From Enterobacter phage phiEap-1, in the sequence record KT321314.1: DNA of 39,133 bases; one strand, written 5' to 3'. Of the stretch, positions 27,426 through 36,514 are shown piece after piece. Position 1 is the first letter of the stretch. The number at the start of each line of letters is the position of its first letter. The notes below the pieces were generated by a model. It searched no databases. It worked only from the letters and a program-made list of their open reading frames with translations, and was not told the DNA's origin. A program made the translations under genes and the position numbers.

Positions 27426-30400
27426 ATGGCTAAGTACGATAAGTCAATTCCAAGCGCCTATGACGCTGTGTTCCAACAAGCGGCTGATGAGGCCGGGGTC
27501 TCCTATGACCTGCTGCGTAAAGTAGCCTTCAATGAATCCTCATTCAACCCTAAGGCCGTCTCTAAGACTGGCCCTGTGGGAATCATGCAGTTCACCAAAG
27601 CTACCGCCAAGGCCATGGGGCTCAACGTTACAGGTGACGATAAGGATGACCGTTACAACCCGGCGCTGGCTATCCCTGCTGCCGCTAAGCATCTTGCGTC
27701 CCTCGTTAATAAATTCAACGGGGATGAGCTCAAAGCTGCCTTAGCGTACAACCAAGGAGAGGGACCTGCTGGTGCCCCTCAGCTTGAAGCGTATGACCGT
27801 GGGGACTTCTCCGCGATTAGCCCTGAAGGTGTAGGCTACATGCGTAAGCTGACGGACGTAGCTCGAAGTGACCGTAAAGGTCTCCTTGAGGAGTTCGGAG
27901 GCATAACCCCAAAGGCTAAAGGTATCCCCGCTGAGGACGCCTTTGCGGGTCTCCAAGCGCAGTCTAAGGTAGGCGATACCTTACCGCAGTCCACTGGTTT
28001 CTCCATCAAGGGAACCGAGCAGGAGGCACCTAACGAGCCCTTTGCGAAGACCTTCTGGGAGACCCACGGCACCACTCTGGATGAGTACAATCAGCGCTCT
28101 ACGTTCTTCGGGATTGGCGATGCCACTAGCGCAGAGTTACAGAACTCAGCATTAGGTGTTGCGTTCCGAGCGGCCCGAGTGGATGACTCCTATGATGTCT
28201 TCAAGGATACCATGACGCCAACCAAATGGAACAGCACCACATGGTCACCGGAAGACCTTGAGCGTATCCGCAACGAAGTGAAGAACCCGAGCTACATCAA
28301 CGTAGTAACTGGTGGTTCCCCTGAGAATCTGGATGCTCTCATTAAGATGGCTAACGATAACTACGAGGCTGACCGTAAGGCTGGTGACGCTGGCCTTGGT
28401 GCCAAGCTGACCGCTGGTATCATTGGCGCTGGTGTTGACCCGCTGAGCTACGTACCGATGGTTGGTGTAGCCGGGAAGGGACTCAAGGTCGCCAACAAGG
28501 CTCTTATCGTCGGTACCCAATCGGCAGGACTCAACGTAGTATCTGAGGGATTCCGTACGTCCATCGCTGGCGGTGAAGCACATTACGCTGACGCAGCCTT
28601 AGGTGGCCTTATGTTCGGTTCTGGTATGTCTGTCCTCGGTGATGCAATCGCTAAGGGTCTCGGTCGGACTGACTACAAGAACGACTTTGCGGGTCCTTCG
28701 ATGCGCTTAGAGGCCCGAGAGTCCAACTTCAACGCTGGCGGTTCTGACCCAACGCTGCACCCTGTGGATAACTTAGAGTTCACCGGGAGCCGTGGGGCCG
28801 TTCAGTTCGCTGAGCACCCAGCAGAGGAAGGAGCCGTGGTCTTACCGTCTGGTTTAATCCTGAGCGAGACCAACCCGGTCAACCCTAAGCTGCGTAATGA
28901 GTTCGAGCAGATTGACCCTGAGCGTGCATCCAAAGGTATCTCTCTTGGTGGGTTCACTGAGATTGGCCTGAAGACTCTCCGCTCGGAGGACGCTGAGGTT
29001 CGTGGCTTAGCGGCTGACCTTGTGCGTTCCCCTACTGGCATGGAGGGAGGTTCTAACGGTAAGTTCGGTGCCACCGCATCTGATGTCCACGAGCGACTGC
29101 ATAATACCGACCAGCGCATGTACAACCAGTTGTATGACGCTATGCGTAAAGCCATGGATGACCCAGAGTTCTCCACTGGAGGCCAGAAGATGTCTCGCGA
29201 AGGTATCCGTCAGGAAATCTATCGACGTGCAGCTCTGGCTATTGAACGTCCTGAGCTACAGAGTGGGCTGACCAAAGGTGAACGTAAGGTCATGGACCTG
29301 ATGAAGGAACACTTCGACACCAAGCGTGAGCTGATGGAGAACCCCGGTATGTTCGGTCGAATGGATGCCACAAGTATCTTCCCCGGAAGTCGTCATAAAG
29401 GGACCTACGTTCCTAACGTGTACGACCGGGCGACCAAGCAGATGTTCATCCAGCAGTACGGCGAGGAGGGCCTTCAGAATGCCATTGCGACTAGCTGGCT
29501 GACCTCTTATCGTTCCCGCCCAGAAGTCAAGGCGCGTGTCGATGAGTATCTATCAGAGCTTAACGGCGGCGCTGAGGTGACCCCCGAGATGGTCAAGAAG
29601 CACGCTATGGATAAGGCGTACGGTATCAGTCACACCGACCAGTTCAACGCTTCCAGTGTCATTGACGACAACATTACGGGTCTTGTAGGTATCGAGAACA
29701 ACTCATTCCTAGAAGCTCGTAACTTGTTCGACAGCGACATGCCTATCACCCTTCCTGACGGTCAGACGTTCTCTGTGAACGACCTGAGGGATTACGATAT
29801 GTTCCGCATCATGCCAGCGTATGACCGCCGTATTAACGGTGACATTGCAATCATGGCGGGTACCGGGAAGACCACCAAGGACCTAAAAGATGCTATTATG
29901 GCACTCGATAAGAAGTCCGAAGGTAACGGTAAGCTCAAGGGTGAAGTGGAGGCGCTTAAGGACACCGTTAAGATTCTCACCGGGCGAGCTCGACGCAATA
30001 ACGATACGGTATTCGATACAGCTCTACGCTCATTGAACGACCTCTCGTTCTTCGCTAAGAACGCCTATATGGGTCCGCAGAACCTTACGGAAATATCTGG
30101 GATGCTCGCCAAGGGCAACGTTGGGGCCATGCTGAATAACATCCCGATTCTTAACGACATGGTTAAGCAGGGAGGTATGAAGGGTTCCGAAATCAAGGAA
30201 CTACACGGTGTGCTGTTCGGTCGTGAGTTTGACCAGCTTGTGCGTCCGGGTCGTGCGGATATCATCCAGCGTCTCCGTGAGGCCTCCGATACGTCTGCCG
30301 GAGTGGCTAACGTTGTAGGGACCATTAAGTTCGGTACTCAGGAGCTGGCGGCTCGCTCTCCGTGGACCAAGGTTCTTAACGGTACCGCTAACTACATTCT

Positions 30401-31373
30401 GGACACTGCCCGTCAGGGTGTGCTGGGTGATGTAGCTAACGCAGCGCTCTTAGGGAAATCCGCTAAGTTCGGTAAGGACAACTTCCTGAAGTCCGCGAGT
30501 ATCTCTAAGGAACAGTGGGCTGGCATTCAGCAACTCTTTAAGGACCACGCTAAGGTTAACGAGGATGGTTCTTTCAGCATCATCGACAAGAAGAAATTCT
30601 CTCAGGACCCACGCGCTATGGACCTCTGGCGGTTAGCCGATAAGGTTGCCGACGAGACCATGCTTCGTCCGCATAAGGTTTCCAATCAGGACTCCAAGGC
30701 GTACGGTGCAGGTGTGAAGATGGCGATGCAGTTTAAGAACTTCGTCATCAAGTCGCTAAACGGTAAGTTCGTCAGGTCTTTCTATGAGGCCACGAAGAAC
30801 AACCGAGCGATTGACCAAGCTCTCACTCACGCTATCTCTCTGGGTCTCGCGGGGACTTACTTTGCGATGCAGGCTCACGTTAAAGCCCTTGGTCTACAGG
30901 AAGACCAACGTAAGGATTACCTGAAGCGTGCCTTGAACCCGACCATGCTGGCCTACGCAGCGGTGTCTCGAAGCTCCCACTTAGGGGCTCCTCTTGGTAT
31001 CGCTACGATGGTTGGAGGTGCCTTAGGGTATCAGGATGCACAGATGCTCCGCTCTACCATTCTGCCCAAAGGTGTCGAAGAGAAACGTAAGGGTACCAAC
31101 GAGGTCAAATCTCGGGATGTCCTTGCGAATCTCGGTGGAAACCTCGCGGCTCAGGTACCAGCTCTTGGGTATGTGGCGTCCGTTGCGTCTACCGCGATGA
31201 ACGCCACAGGTGTCCTGACGGCCCCGAACAAGCCAACCGAAAGGGACTTCATGACGGGCCTGATGAACGCTACTCGTGAGATTGTACCTAACGACCCACT
31301 AACCCAGCAGCTCATCATGAAAATCTATGAGGAGCAGGGAGTGCGCATCAAGGAACCCGCTAAGCAGGGCTAA
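27426..31373 (+). CDS. 16: Internal virion protein D with an N-terminal lytic transglycosylase domain
   Basis: 1315 aa. N-terminal SLT-like motifs (AFNESSFNPKAVSKTGPVGIMQF) as in T7 gp16. Confidence 0.97.
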   Translation: MAKYDKSIPSAYDAVFQQAADEAGVSYDLLRKVAFNESSFNPKAVSKTGPVGIMQFTKATAKAMGLNVTGDDKDDRYNPALAIPAAAKHLASLVNKFNGDELKAALAYNQGEGPAGAPQLEAYDRGDFSAISPEGVGYMRKLTDVARSDRKGLLEEFGGITPKAKGIPAEDAFAGLQAQSKVGDTLPQSTGFSIKGTEQEAPNEPFAKTFWETHGTTLDEYNQRSTFFGIGDATSAELQNSALGVAFRAARVDDSYDVFKDTMTPTKWNSTTWSPEDLERIRNEVKNPSYINVVTGGSPENLDALIKMANDNYEADRKAGDAGLGAKLTAGIIGAGVDPLSYVPMVGVAGKGLKVANKALIVGTQSAGLNVVSEGFRTSIAGGEAHYADAALGGLMFGSGMSVLGDAIAKGLGRTDYKNDFAGPSMRLEARESNFNAGGSDPTLHPVDNLEFTGSRGAVQFAEHPAEEGAVVLPSGLILSETNPVNPKLRNEFEQIDPERASKGISLGGFTEIGLKTLRSEDAEVRGLAADLVRSPTGMEGGSNGKFGATASDVHERLHNTDQRMYNQLYDAMRKAMDDPEFSTGGQKMSREGIRQEIYRRAALAIERPELQSGLTKGERKVMDLMKEHFDTKRELMENPGMFGRMDATSIFPGSRHKGTYVPNVYDRATKQMFIQQYGEEGLQNAIATSWLTSYRSRPEVKARVDEYLSELNGGAEVTPEMVKKHAMDKAYGISHTDQFNASSVIDDNITGLVGIENNSFLEARNLFDSDMPITLPDGQTFSVNDLRDYDMFRIMPAYDRRINGDIAIMAGTGKTTKDLKDAIMALDKKSEGNGKLKGEVEALKDTVKILTGRARRNNDTVFDTALRSLNDLSFFAKNAYMGPQNLTEISGMLAKGNVGAMLNNIPILNDMVKQGGMKGSEIKELHGVLFGREFDQLVRPGRADIIQRLREASDTSAGVANVVGTIKFGTQELAARSPWTKVLNGTANYILDTARQGVLGDVANAALLGKSAKFGKDNFLKSASISKEQWAGIQQLFKDHAKVNEDGSFSIIDKKKFSQDPRAMDLWRLADKVADETMLRPHKVSNQDSKAYGAGVKMAMQFKNFVIKSLNGKFVRSFYEATKNNRAIDQALTHAISLGLAGTYFAMQAHVKALGLQEDQRKDYLKRALNPTMLAYAAVSRSSHLGAPLGIATMVGGALGYQDAQMLRSTILPKGVEEKRKGTNEVKSRDVLANLGGNLAAQVPALGYVASVASTAMNATGVLTAPNKPTERDFMTGLMNATREIVPNDPLTQQLIMKIYEEQGVRIKEPAKQG

Positions 31374-31391
31374 ACCCTCACTATAGGGAGA
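31369..31391 (+). promoter_or_regulatory. Phage-RNAP promoter (phi17-like) overlapping the gene 16 stop codon: ggctaaaccctcactatagggag
   Basis: Consensus core. The TAA stop of gene 16 (31371-31373) lies inside the -17 to -13 region. Confidence 0.65.
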
Positions 31392-31437
31392 GACCTAATA
31401 AGTCCTCCCTTAAAGTCTAACTAAAAGGAGAAACAAT

Positions 31438-33882
31438 ATGGCATCACCTACTGTGGTTCGCACAGTTAAGCGTTACCCGTTAGACGGTAGTAACCGAGAC
31501 TTTAACATTGAGTTTGATTATCTGGCCCGTAAGTTCGTCGTCGTGTCTCTCGTGGATACCACTGGTTCGACCGAGCGTCGTCAATTGGTGAACGTTACTG
31601 ATTACCGATTCACTACTAAAACGAGCATTCAAACCACTCTTGCTCACGGTGGCGATGGCTTCAACGAGATTGAGATTCGCCGTGTCACCTCTACGACTGA
31701 ACGTGTGGTGGACTTTGCGGACGGCTCCGTGTTACGTGCGGCAGACCTTAACGCCGCTCAGGTACAGGCCATGCATATTGCTGAAGAGGGACGTGACCAA
31801 GCGTTGCTGTCTATCTCCGTGACCGACTCTGGGCAACTGGATGCTCACGGCATGCAAATCATTAACGTGGCTCCCGGTACTGATAAGACCCATGCGGTCA
31901 ACAAGGACCAACTGGACACAACCCTCGGTGAAGTGGGTGGCGTTCTGGGAGAGGTCGAAGAGATTAAGCAGTGGATTAAAGACTACATTGATAACTTCGT
32001 GAACGATACAGCTAACCTAAAGAACGTCCTGTGGGTCTACAACGGTGGACTGGCTAACGGTGGCGAGACTGAGTTCAAGCTGGAACGTGAAGGCTCCATT
32101 GTGTCTGTCCCGGCGCTGTACATCAACGGCAACCGTCAGGAGCGTGGCTGGCAGTTCGACTATTCGTCTAACGATAAGATGGTCCGACTGGCACAACCTC
32201 TGAAGGCTGGCGACTTTGTGGCCCTGCTGACCGCTGAAGGTTCTACCCCATTGCTGGACCTTCTGGCCTCCAGTGAGGGAGCCGGATGGGTTGGTACCAA
32301 GAATGACGGTAAGAATGTCCAACAGGTTATTGACGACCTGTACGGGCGTATCGACGCTGTCCCTACAAAGGTCCCTTACCTCGACCCGTTCACCTTTGGT
32401 GCTAAGGGCGGTGATGCCGATGACCGTGTAGCCATTCAGGCGGCAATTGACCAAGCGGCTGAGAACTACATCTCGGGCAACGGTCCGACCACTGTGGTGA
32501 TTAGCGCTAAGCATAACGTGTCGCTTAACCCACTGTCTGGAGGTATCCCCGGTGAAATCTCAGCAGGACGCGCTGTGTTCAACATGCGGTCTGGTGTTAC
32601 GGTAACTGGCAACGGTTCAATCAACCTGATTAAGAACTTCACGGGAACCACCAGTGGCGCTGTGTTCACCAACTGGACTGGCCCTGCGAACAACATCCGA
32701 ATCCACAACATCACGATTGACTGTGGTTACGTTAAGGGTGACGCGATGCGTGGTATCTCAGCGGTTAACATCGTGGACTCTTGGTATCCAGACTTGTTCA
32801 AGGTCAAGGCCTACCGTGTGTCCAACAACGGGTTAACTCTTCGTAAGGCTTACGGTGTCGATGGGTCAGACTATGGGTGTGCTCATGGTCGAATCGAGAG
32901 CTGTGTGGTTGACTCTACGTACTACATCGGGATTCAGTGTGAGCGCCCTATGGGTGTCCTCATTACGGCTAACACCGTGTTGAACACCGGAGACAACGCA
33001 ATCGACGTTGAAGGTAACCAAGCGGGTGTGACCTCTGGTGGCTTCGGTGCTAACGTTCTCATCACGAATAACGAACTGTACAACTCTAAGAATGGTATCT
33101 TTGTGGAATCCATGGGTAACACCAAGGTTGACCATAACTATATCTACGGGGCTGGTATCGGCATTATCTTCAACCGAATCAACTCAGGGTCGTTCTACAA
33201 CTCCTGCATCGGGAACTCTATCGAAGGGACCACGGCAGATGCTGGTTACGGTATCCGATTCATCAACCAGATTGGTCGAATCACTGTATCCGATAACTTC
33301 ATCCTTCGCCGTAAGTATGGCATTGCGTTCGCTGACCGAATTGACCGTATGACCATCGGTGTCAATACGTTCGCTGGTATCGGCGACACCATTCTGTACT
33401 TCGACAAGGTACCTTCGGGTAACTCTCTGATTCGCTCCACGATTGCCCGTCAGAACTACCAAGGCGGTCAGACCTCGGGTATTCCTTATCCGACCTCTCC
33501 GCGCGGCTGTCCATTCAACTATCCGAACCGAATGGCCTCTACGGTAGACTACGTGGACGTACACTTCCTTGACTACAACAGTCCGGGTGAGGTGAACTAT
33601 AAGCGCTCTGAGAGTGACATCTCTCCGATTGTGGCGTGGGGTAACAAGTACGCTCGCTACGGAGCGTTGACTCCGGGCTATACGTCCATCGGAGGTAACC
33701 ACGGGTTCGTCGGTGAGTACCTCGAAATCAACAACAAGCTGTACCAAATTTACAACGTTACGGCTTCCATGACGGAAGTGACCAAGTGGGACGGTGCGTC
33801 TTTCACTTCTGGTAACTTCACGACTGACTTCCCTACTGGCGGTCACGTGGTAACTCGCCGTGTTCAATGGGGAACCTTATAA
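31438..33882 (+). CDS. 17: Tail fiber / tailspike: T7 gp17-like N-terminal tail-attachment domain fused to a right-handed parallel beta-helix (depolymerase-type) body
   Basis: The first ~150 aa match the T7 gp17 N-terminus (LDGSNRDFNI.F.YLARKFVVV, EIRRVTSTT.R.VDF.DGS.LRA.DLN.AQ). The rest shows serial beta-helix rungs (NITIDCGYV, DSTYYIGIQCE, NTGDNAIDVEGN, ITNNELYNSKNGIFVE, VDHNYIYGAGIGIIF). Confidence 0.95.
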   Translation: MASPTVVRTVKRYPLDGSNRDFNIEFDYLARKFVVVSLVDTTGSTERRQLVNVTDYRFTTKTSIQTTLAHGGDGFNEIEIRRVTSTTERVVDFADGSVLRAADLNAAQVQAMHIAEEGRDQALLSISVTDSGQLDAHGMQIINVAPGTDKTHAVNKDQLDTTLGEVGGVLGEVEEIKQWIKDYIDNFVNDTANLKNVLWVYNGGLANGGETEFKLEREGSIVSVPALYINGNRQERGWQFDYSSNDKMVRLAQPLKAGDFVALLTAEGSTPLLDLLASSEGAGWVGTKNDGKNVQQVIDDLYGRIDAVPTKVPYLDPFTFGAKGGDADDRVAIQAAIDQAAENYISGNGPTTVVISAKHNVSLNPLSGGIPGEISAGRAVFNMRSGVTVTGNGSINLIKNFTGTTSGAVFTNWTGPANNIRIHNITIDCGYVKGDAMRGISAVNIVDSWYPDLFKVKAYRVSNNGLTLRKAYGVDGSDYGCAHGRIESCVVDSTYYIGIQCERPMGVLITANTVLNTGDNAIDVEGNQAGVTSGGFGANVLITNNELYNSKNGIFVESMGNTKVDHNYIYGAGIGIIFNRINSGSFYNSCIGNSIEGTTADAGYGIRFINQIGRITVSDNFILRRKYGIAFADRIDRMTIGVNTFAGIGDTILYFDKVPSGNSLIRSTIARQNYQGGQTSGIPYPTSPRGCPFNYPNRMASTVDYVDVHFLDYNSPGEVNYKRSESDISPIVAWGNKYARYGALTPGYTSIGGNHGFVGEYLEINNKLYQIYNVTASMTEVTKWDGASFTSGNFTTDFPTGGHVVTRRVQWGTL

Positions 33883-33891
33883 GGAGGTACA

Positions 33892-35502
33892 ATGCAGTTA
33901 AGTAAACTGGCCCAAGCTATGGGCTCAACCATCGGCATCTTTGACAACGGCATGGATGTCCAAACGTACACTTATGGCATCGCAGTGACCCCGGAGCGAT
34001 TCGGGGCCAAGGGTGACGGTAAGGCTGATGATACGGTCGCTATGCAGAAGGCTTTCGACTACATCCGCGATAATCCGACAGGTCGCCTAATTGCAGCCAA
34101 TCGCTACGCTATTAGTGACACGCTGTACATCGATAACTTCTCTCAAGGTTGTCGCATCGAAATCGCCCAGCTCACCCTCCACCCTTCGTGGGTCAATACG
34201 GGTGACAAGTGGTTGAACGCTAAGGCGGCTATTGAGGTTGGCGCTAAGTCCAACGGTTCCATGGTGGGCCTGTATGTCGGCGTCCAGTATTTCCATGGGT
34301 CCGACAAGGCTACCCTGTATCGCCTGACTGGATTCGGTGCTGGTGGCTCTCGCTTCCACGGTGGTCGTGTACGTAACGTAATCGGTGTGTACCAGTGTGA
34401 TAGTGCATCTAGTGCTAACTCTGCGTCTAACTACATCTCTGGTGAATACTGGTATCAAGGTACCTTCGGTATTCGCGTACGCCGTAACGGTGCGTTCATC
34501 TCGGAAGGCCTGAACATTCAGGTGGGCTTCCTGACCAACTTTAAGTACGGTGGCATCCAGCTGTTCAATGGTGCGCAGTATTGGAAGATTACGAACACTG
34601 ACGTGGACTTCTGTGGTCAGTGGTTGGCAGAGCTTCAGGTAGACCGTTTGCCTGCCTCAGACATCCGAACGCAGAACATCCAGTACAATGATGCCGAGTA
34701 TGAGGTGCTGGACTACTACGAGCAACCTCGTGGTACCTATAAGTTACTAGTCATCGATAAGCAACTGACTACCGACAACAAGTCATCCTTCAGTACCAGC
34801 GTATCGACAGCTATTAGCGACGGCACCACTGCGTACACCCTTCAGGCCGTTGTGACTCCTAAGACAAACAATGCCTACTTCGACTTTATCCATGGGTTCC
34901 AAGGAGCCCCATTCAGTCGCGGTAAGGGTGACTTTGGGTACCTGTCACGTGCTGTGGGTGGTAACTGGAATGGTTCCACAATCTTCTTTAACAACTCATT
35001 CCAAGAGGTGACCAACTCCATCAACAACGTATGGATTCGAAACCAAGGGAACCGAGTGTCCATTGTGGACCGTTGGACCGGGACGTCTATCCTAGCGGTA
35101 AATACCCAAGGTGACATGGCGTGTACACTACCGGGTGGCTTCATCACCAAGGGTGTGTCCACTCTGGGTGGCGCAATGTTCACTGGTAGTCACCGTGTGT
35201 ACGGCAGCGAGGTTGCTACGACTCTCGTGAAGTCTACCGCTAAGACTATCCGAACGTTCTCCAAACAGAACGATGGCACTGAGACTCGTGTGGCTGAGAT
35301 TTATGATGTCCACGTGACCGGGCCAGACGGTCTGGAAGGTGTCGGAGGGTTCTGCCAAGTGATTGTCCACTCATCGAAGATTGAGGTGCGTAGCGCTTCA
35401 GGTGTCGCTGGGATGACCTTGAGTGTCTCTGGGATGTCCCTTCAGGCCACCCAAGGTACTCAGGATAGCATGCTCGTGCTGTTCATGATTGAGCGTAAAT
35501 AA
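33892..35502 (+). CDS. Second tailspike with a pectate-lyase-type beta-helix (putative polysaccharide depolymerase), lacking the gp17 N-terminal adapter
   Basis: N-terminal FGAKGDGKADDTVAMQKAFDY motif typical of pectate-lyase-3-type tailspikes. Strong TAAGGAGG RBS. No counterpart in T7. Confidence 0.9.
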   Translation: MQLSKLAQAMGSTIGIFDNGMDVQTYTYGIAVTPERFGAKGDGKADDTVAMQKAFDYIRDNPTGRLIAANRYAISDTLYIDNFSQGCRIEIAQLTLHPSWVNTGDKWLNAKAAIEVGAKSNGSMVGLYVGVQYFHGSDKATLYRLTGFGAGGSRFHGGRVRNVIGVYQCDSASSANSASNYISGEYWYQGTFGIRVRRNGAFISEGLNIQVGFLTNFKYGGIQLFNGAQYWKITNTDVDFCGQWLAELQVDRLPASDIRTQNIQYNDAEYEVLDYYEQPRGTYKLLVIDKQLTTDNKSSFSTSVSTAISDGTTAYTLQAVVTPKTNNAYFDFIHGFQGAPFSRGKGDFGYLSRAVGGNWNGSTIFFNNSFQEVTNSINNVWIRNQGNRVSIVDRWTGTSILAVNTQGDMACTLPGGFITKGVSTLGGAMFTGSHRVYGSEVATTLVKSTAKTIRTFSKQNDGTETRVAEIYDVHVTGPDGLEGVGGFCQVIVHSSKIEVRSASGVAGMTLSVSGMSLQATQGTQDSMLVLFMIERK

Positions 35503-35511
35503 GGAGGACCG

Positions 35512-35718
35512 ATGCTGTCTTTAGACTTCAACAATGAGGTCGTGAAGGCAGCTCCTATTGTGGGGACGGGTGTGGCTGATGGTGCCGCCCGTCTCTTCTG
35601 GGGGCTTAGCCTAAACGAGTGGTTCTATGTAGCCGCTATTGCCTACACAGTGGCTCAGATTGGTGCCAAGGTAGTGCAGACTATTATCGACTGGAAGAAA
35701 TCCAATAAGGAGGGTTAA
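35512..35718 (+). CDS. 17.5: Class II holin
   Basis: MLSLDFNNE..KAAPIVGTGVAD..ARLF.GLSLNEWFYVAAIAYTV.QI is near-identical to the T7 gp17.5 N-terminus. Confidence 0.92.
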   Translation: MLSLDFNNEVVKAAPIVGTGVADGAARLFWGLSLNEWFYVAAIAYTVAQIGAKVVQTIIDWKKSNKEG

Positions 35719-35719
35719 G

Positions 35720-35977
35720 ATGGACTTGAAGAAGTTCCTTGAGATGCTCGACACCAACATGGCTCAACAGATGCTTGTTGACTTAACGGACCCAGAGAAG
35801 TGCACCCCACAGCTCTACAACGCAATCGGCAAACTACTGGACCGCCATAAGTTCCAAATCTCCAAGATTCAACCTGACGCCAACATCCTTGGCGGACTGG
35901 CTGACTCTCTAGAGGAGTACAATAAGCGCGTCAGTCCTGATGGTCTATCGGATGACGACATCTACACCATTCAGTAA
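35720..35977 (+). CDS. 18: Terminase small subunit
   Basis: FLEMLDT.MAQ.ML.DL.D.E...PQLYNAI.KLLDRHKFQI.K.QPD..ILGGLA..LEEY and DDDIYT.Q match T7 gp18. Confidence 0.92.
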   Translation: MDLKKFLEMLDTNMAQQMLVDLTDPEKCTPQLYNAIGKLLDRHKFQISKIQPDANILGGLADSLEEYNKRVSPDGLSDDDIYTIQ

Positions 35978-36019
35978 CATACTCAAGGTACTACTATATG
36001 TGGTGCCTTTATGGATGTT
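35976..36019 (+). promoter_or_regulatory. RNase III-type processing hairpin (R18.5-like)
   Basis: aacatactcaaggtact-actatat-gtggtgcctttatggatgtt is the third member of the actcaaggt...gtgg.gcctttatg family. Confidence 0.45.
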
Positions 36020-36073
36020 ATTGCACTACGCGAGGCGTCCCTACGTGAAATCTACGAAACAGCGGGAGGCATT

Positions 36074-36514
36074 ATGCTGGAATTTACAAAGAGAGTCGTC
36101 CCGTATCTTGTGGTAATCATGGTGTTCGCCTTCGGGTGGCACTTTGGGTCACAGTCTACGGACAACAAATGGAAGGAGGTAGTACACAATGAGTATGTAC
36201 AGAAAGTTGAAGCTACAGCGGCTACTAGCAAAGCGGTCGCAGCGATTAGCTCCAAGTACCAAGCGGACCTCGAAGGGCTTGAAGGCAGCACTGATAGGAT
36301 TATTGATGATTTGCGTAAGCGCAACCAGCGCCTGCTCGTCCAAGTCAAGCCTACCACCGGAACCCCAACAGGTGACGGTAGATGCCTCGTTGATGGTCCC
36401 GTCGAACTACACGAAGCAACTTCTCGACGTCTTATCGAAATAACGCAGAAGGCTGACCTGAAGGAGCGAGCATTGCAAGATACAATCAGAAAACTACAAG
36501 GAGGGACTAAATGA
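36074..36514 (+). CDS. 18.5: i-spanin (Rz-like), 146 aa
   Basis: N-terminal TM ([18 protein letters not shown]), then KWK.VVHNEYV..VEA and [17 protein letters not shown] match T7 gp18.5. Start is ATG 36074 (GGAGG upstream); the maximal ORF start 36011 lies inside the RNase III hairpin. Confidence 0.85.
   Translation: MLEFTKRVVPYLVVIMVFAFGWHFGSQSTDNKWKEVVHNEYVQKVEATAATSKAVAAISSKYQADLEGLEGSTDRIIDDLRKRNQRLLVQVKPTTGTPTGDGRCLVDGPVELHEATSRRLIEITQKADLKERALQDTIRKLQGGTK
36189..36443 (+). CDS. 18.7: o-spanin (Rz1-like lipoprotein) embedded in the +1 frame of the i-spanin gene
   Basis: [16 protein letters not shown] lipobox-like signal, then a Pro-rich periplasmic segment ([19 protein letters not shown]). 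Resembles T7 gp18.7 (GALIGLFLICVATISGC...LPEPP.VSVDSSLMV). Confidence 0.8.
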   Translation: MSMYRKLKLQRLLAKRSQRLAPSTKRTSKGLKAALIGLLMICVSATSACSSKSSLPPEPQQVTVDASLMVPSNYTKQLLDVLSK

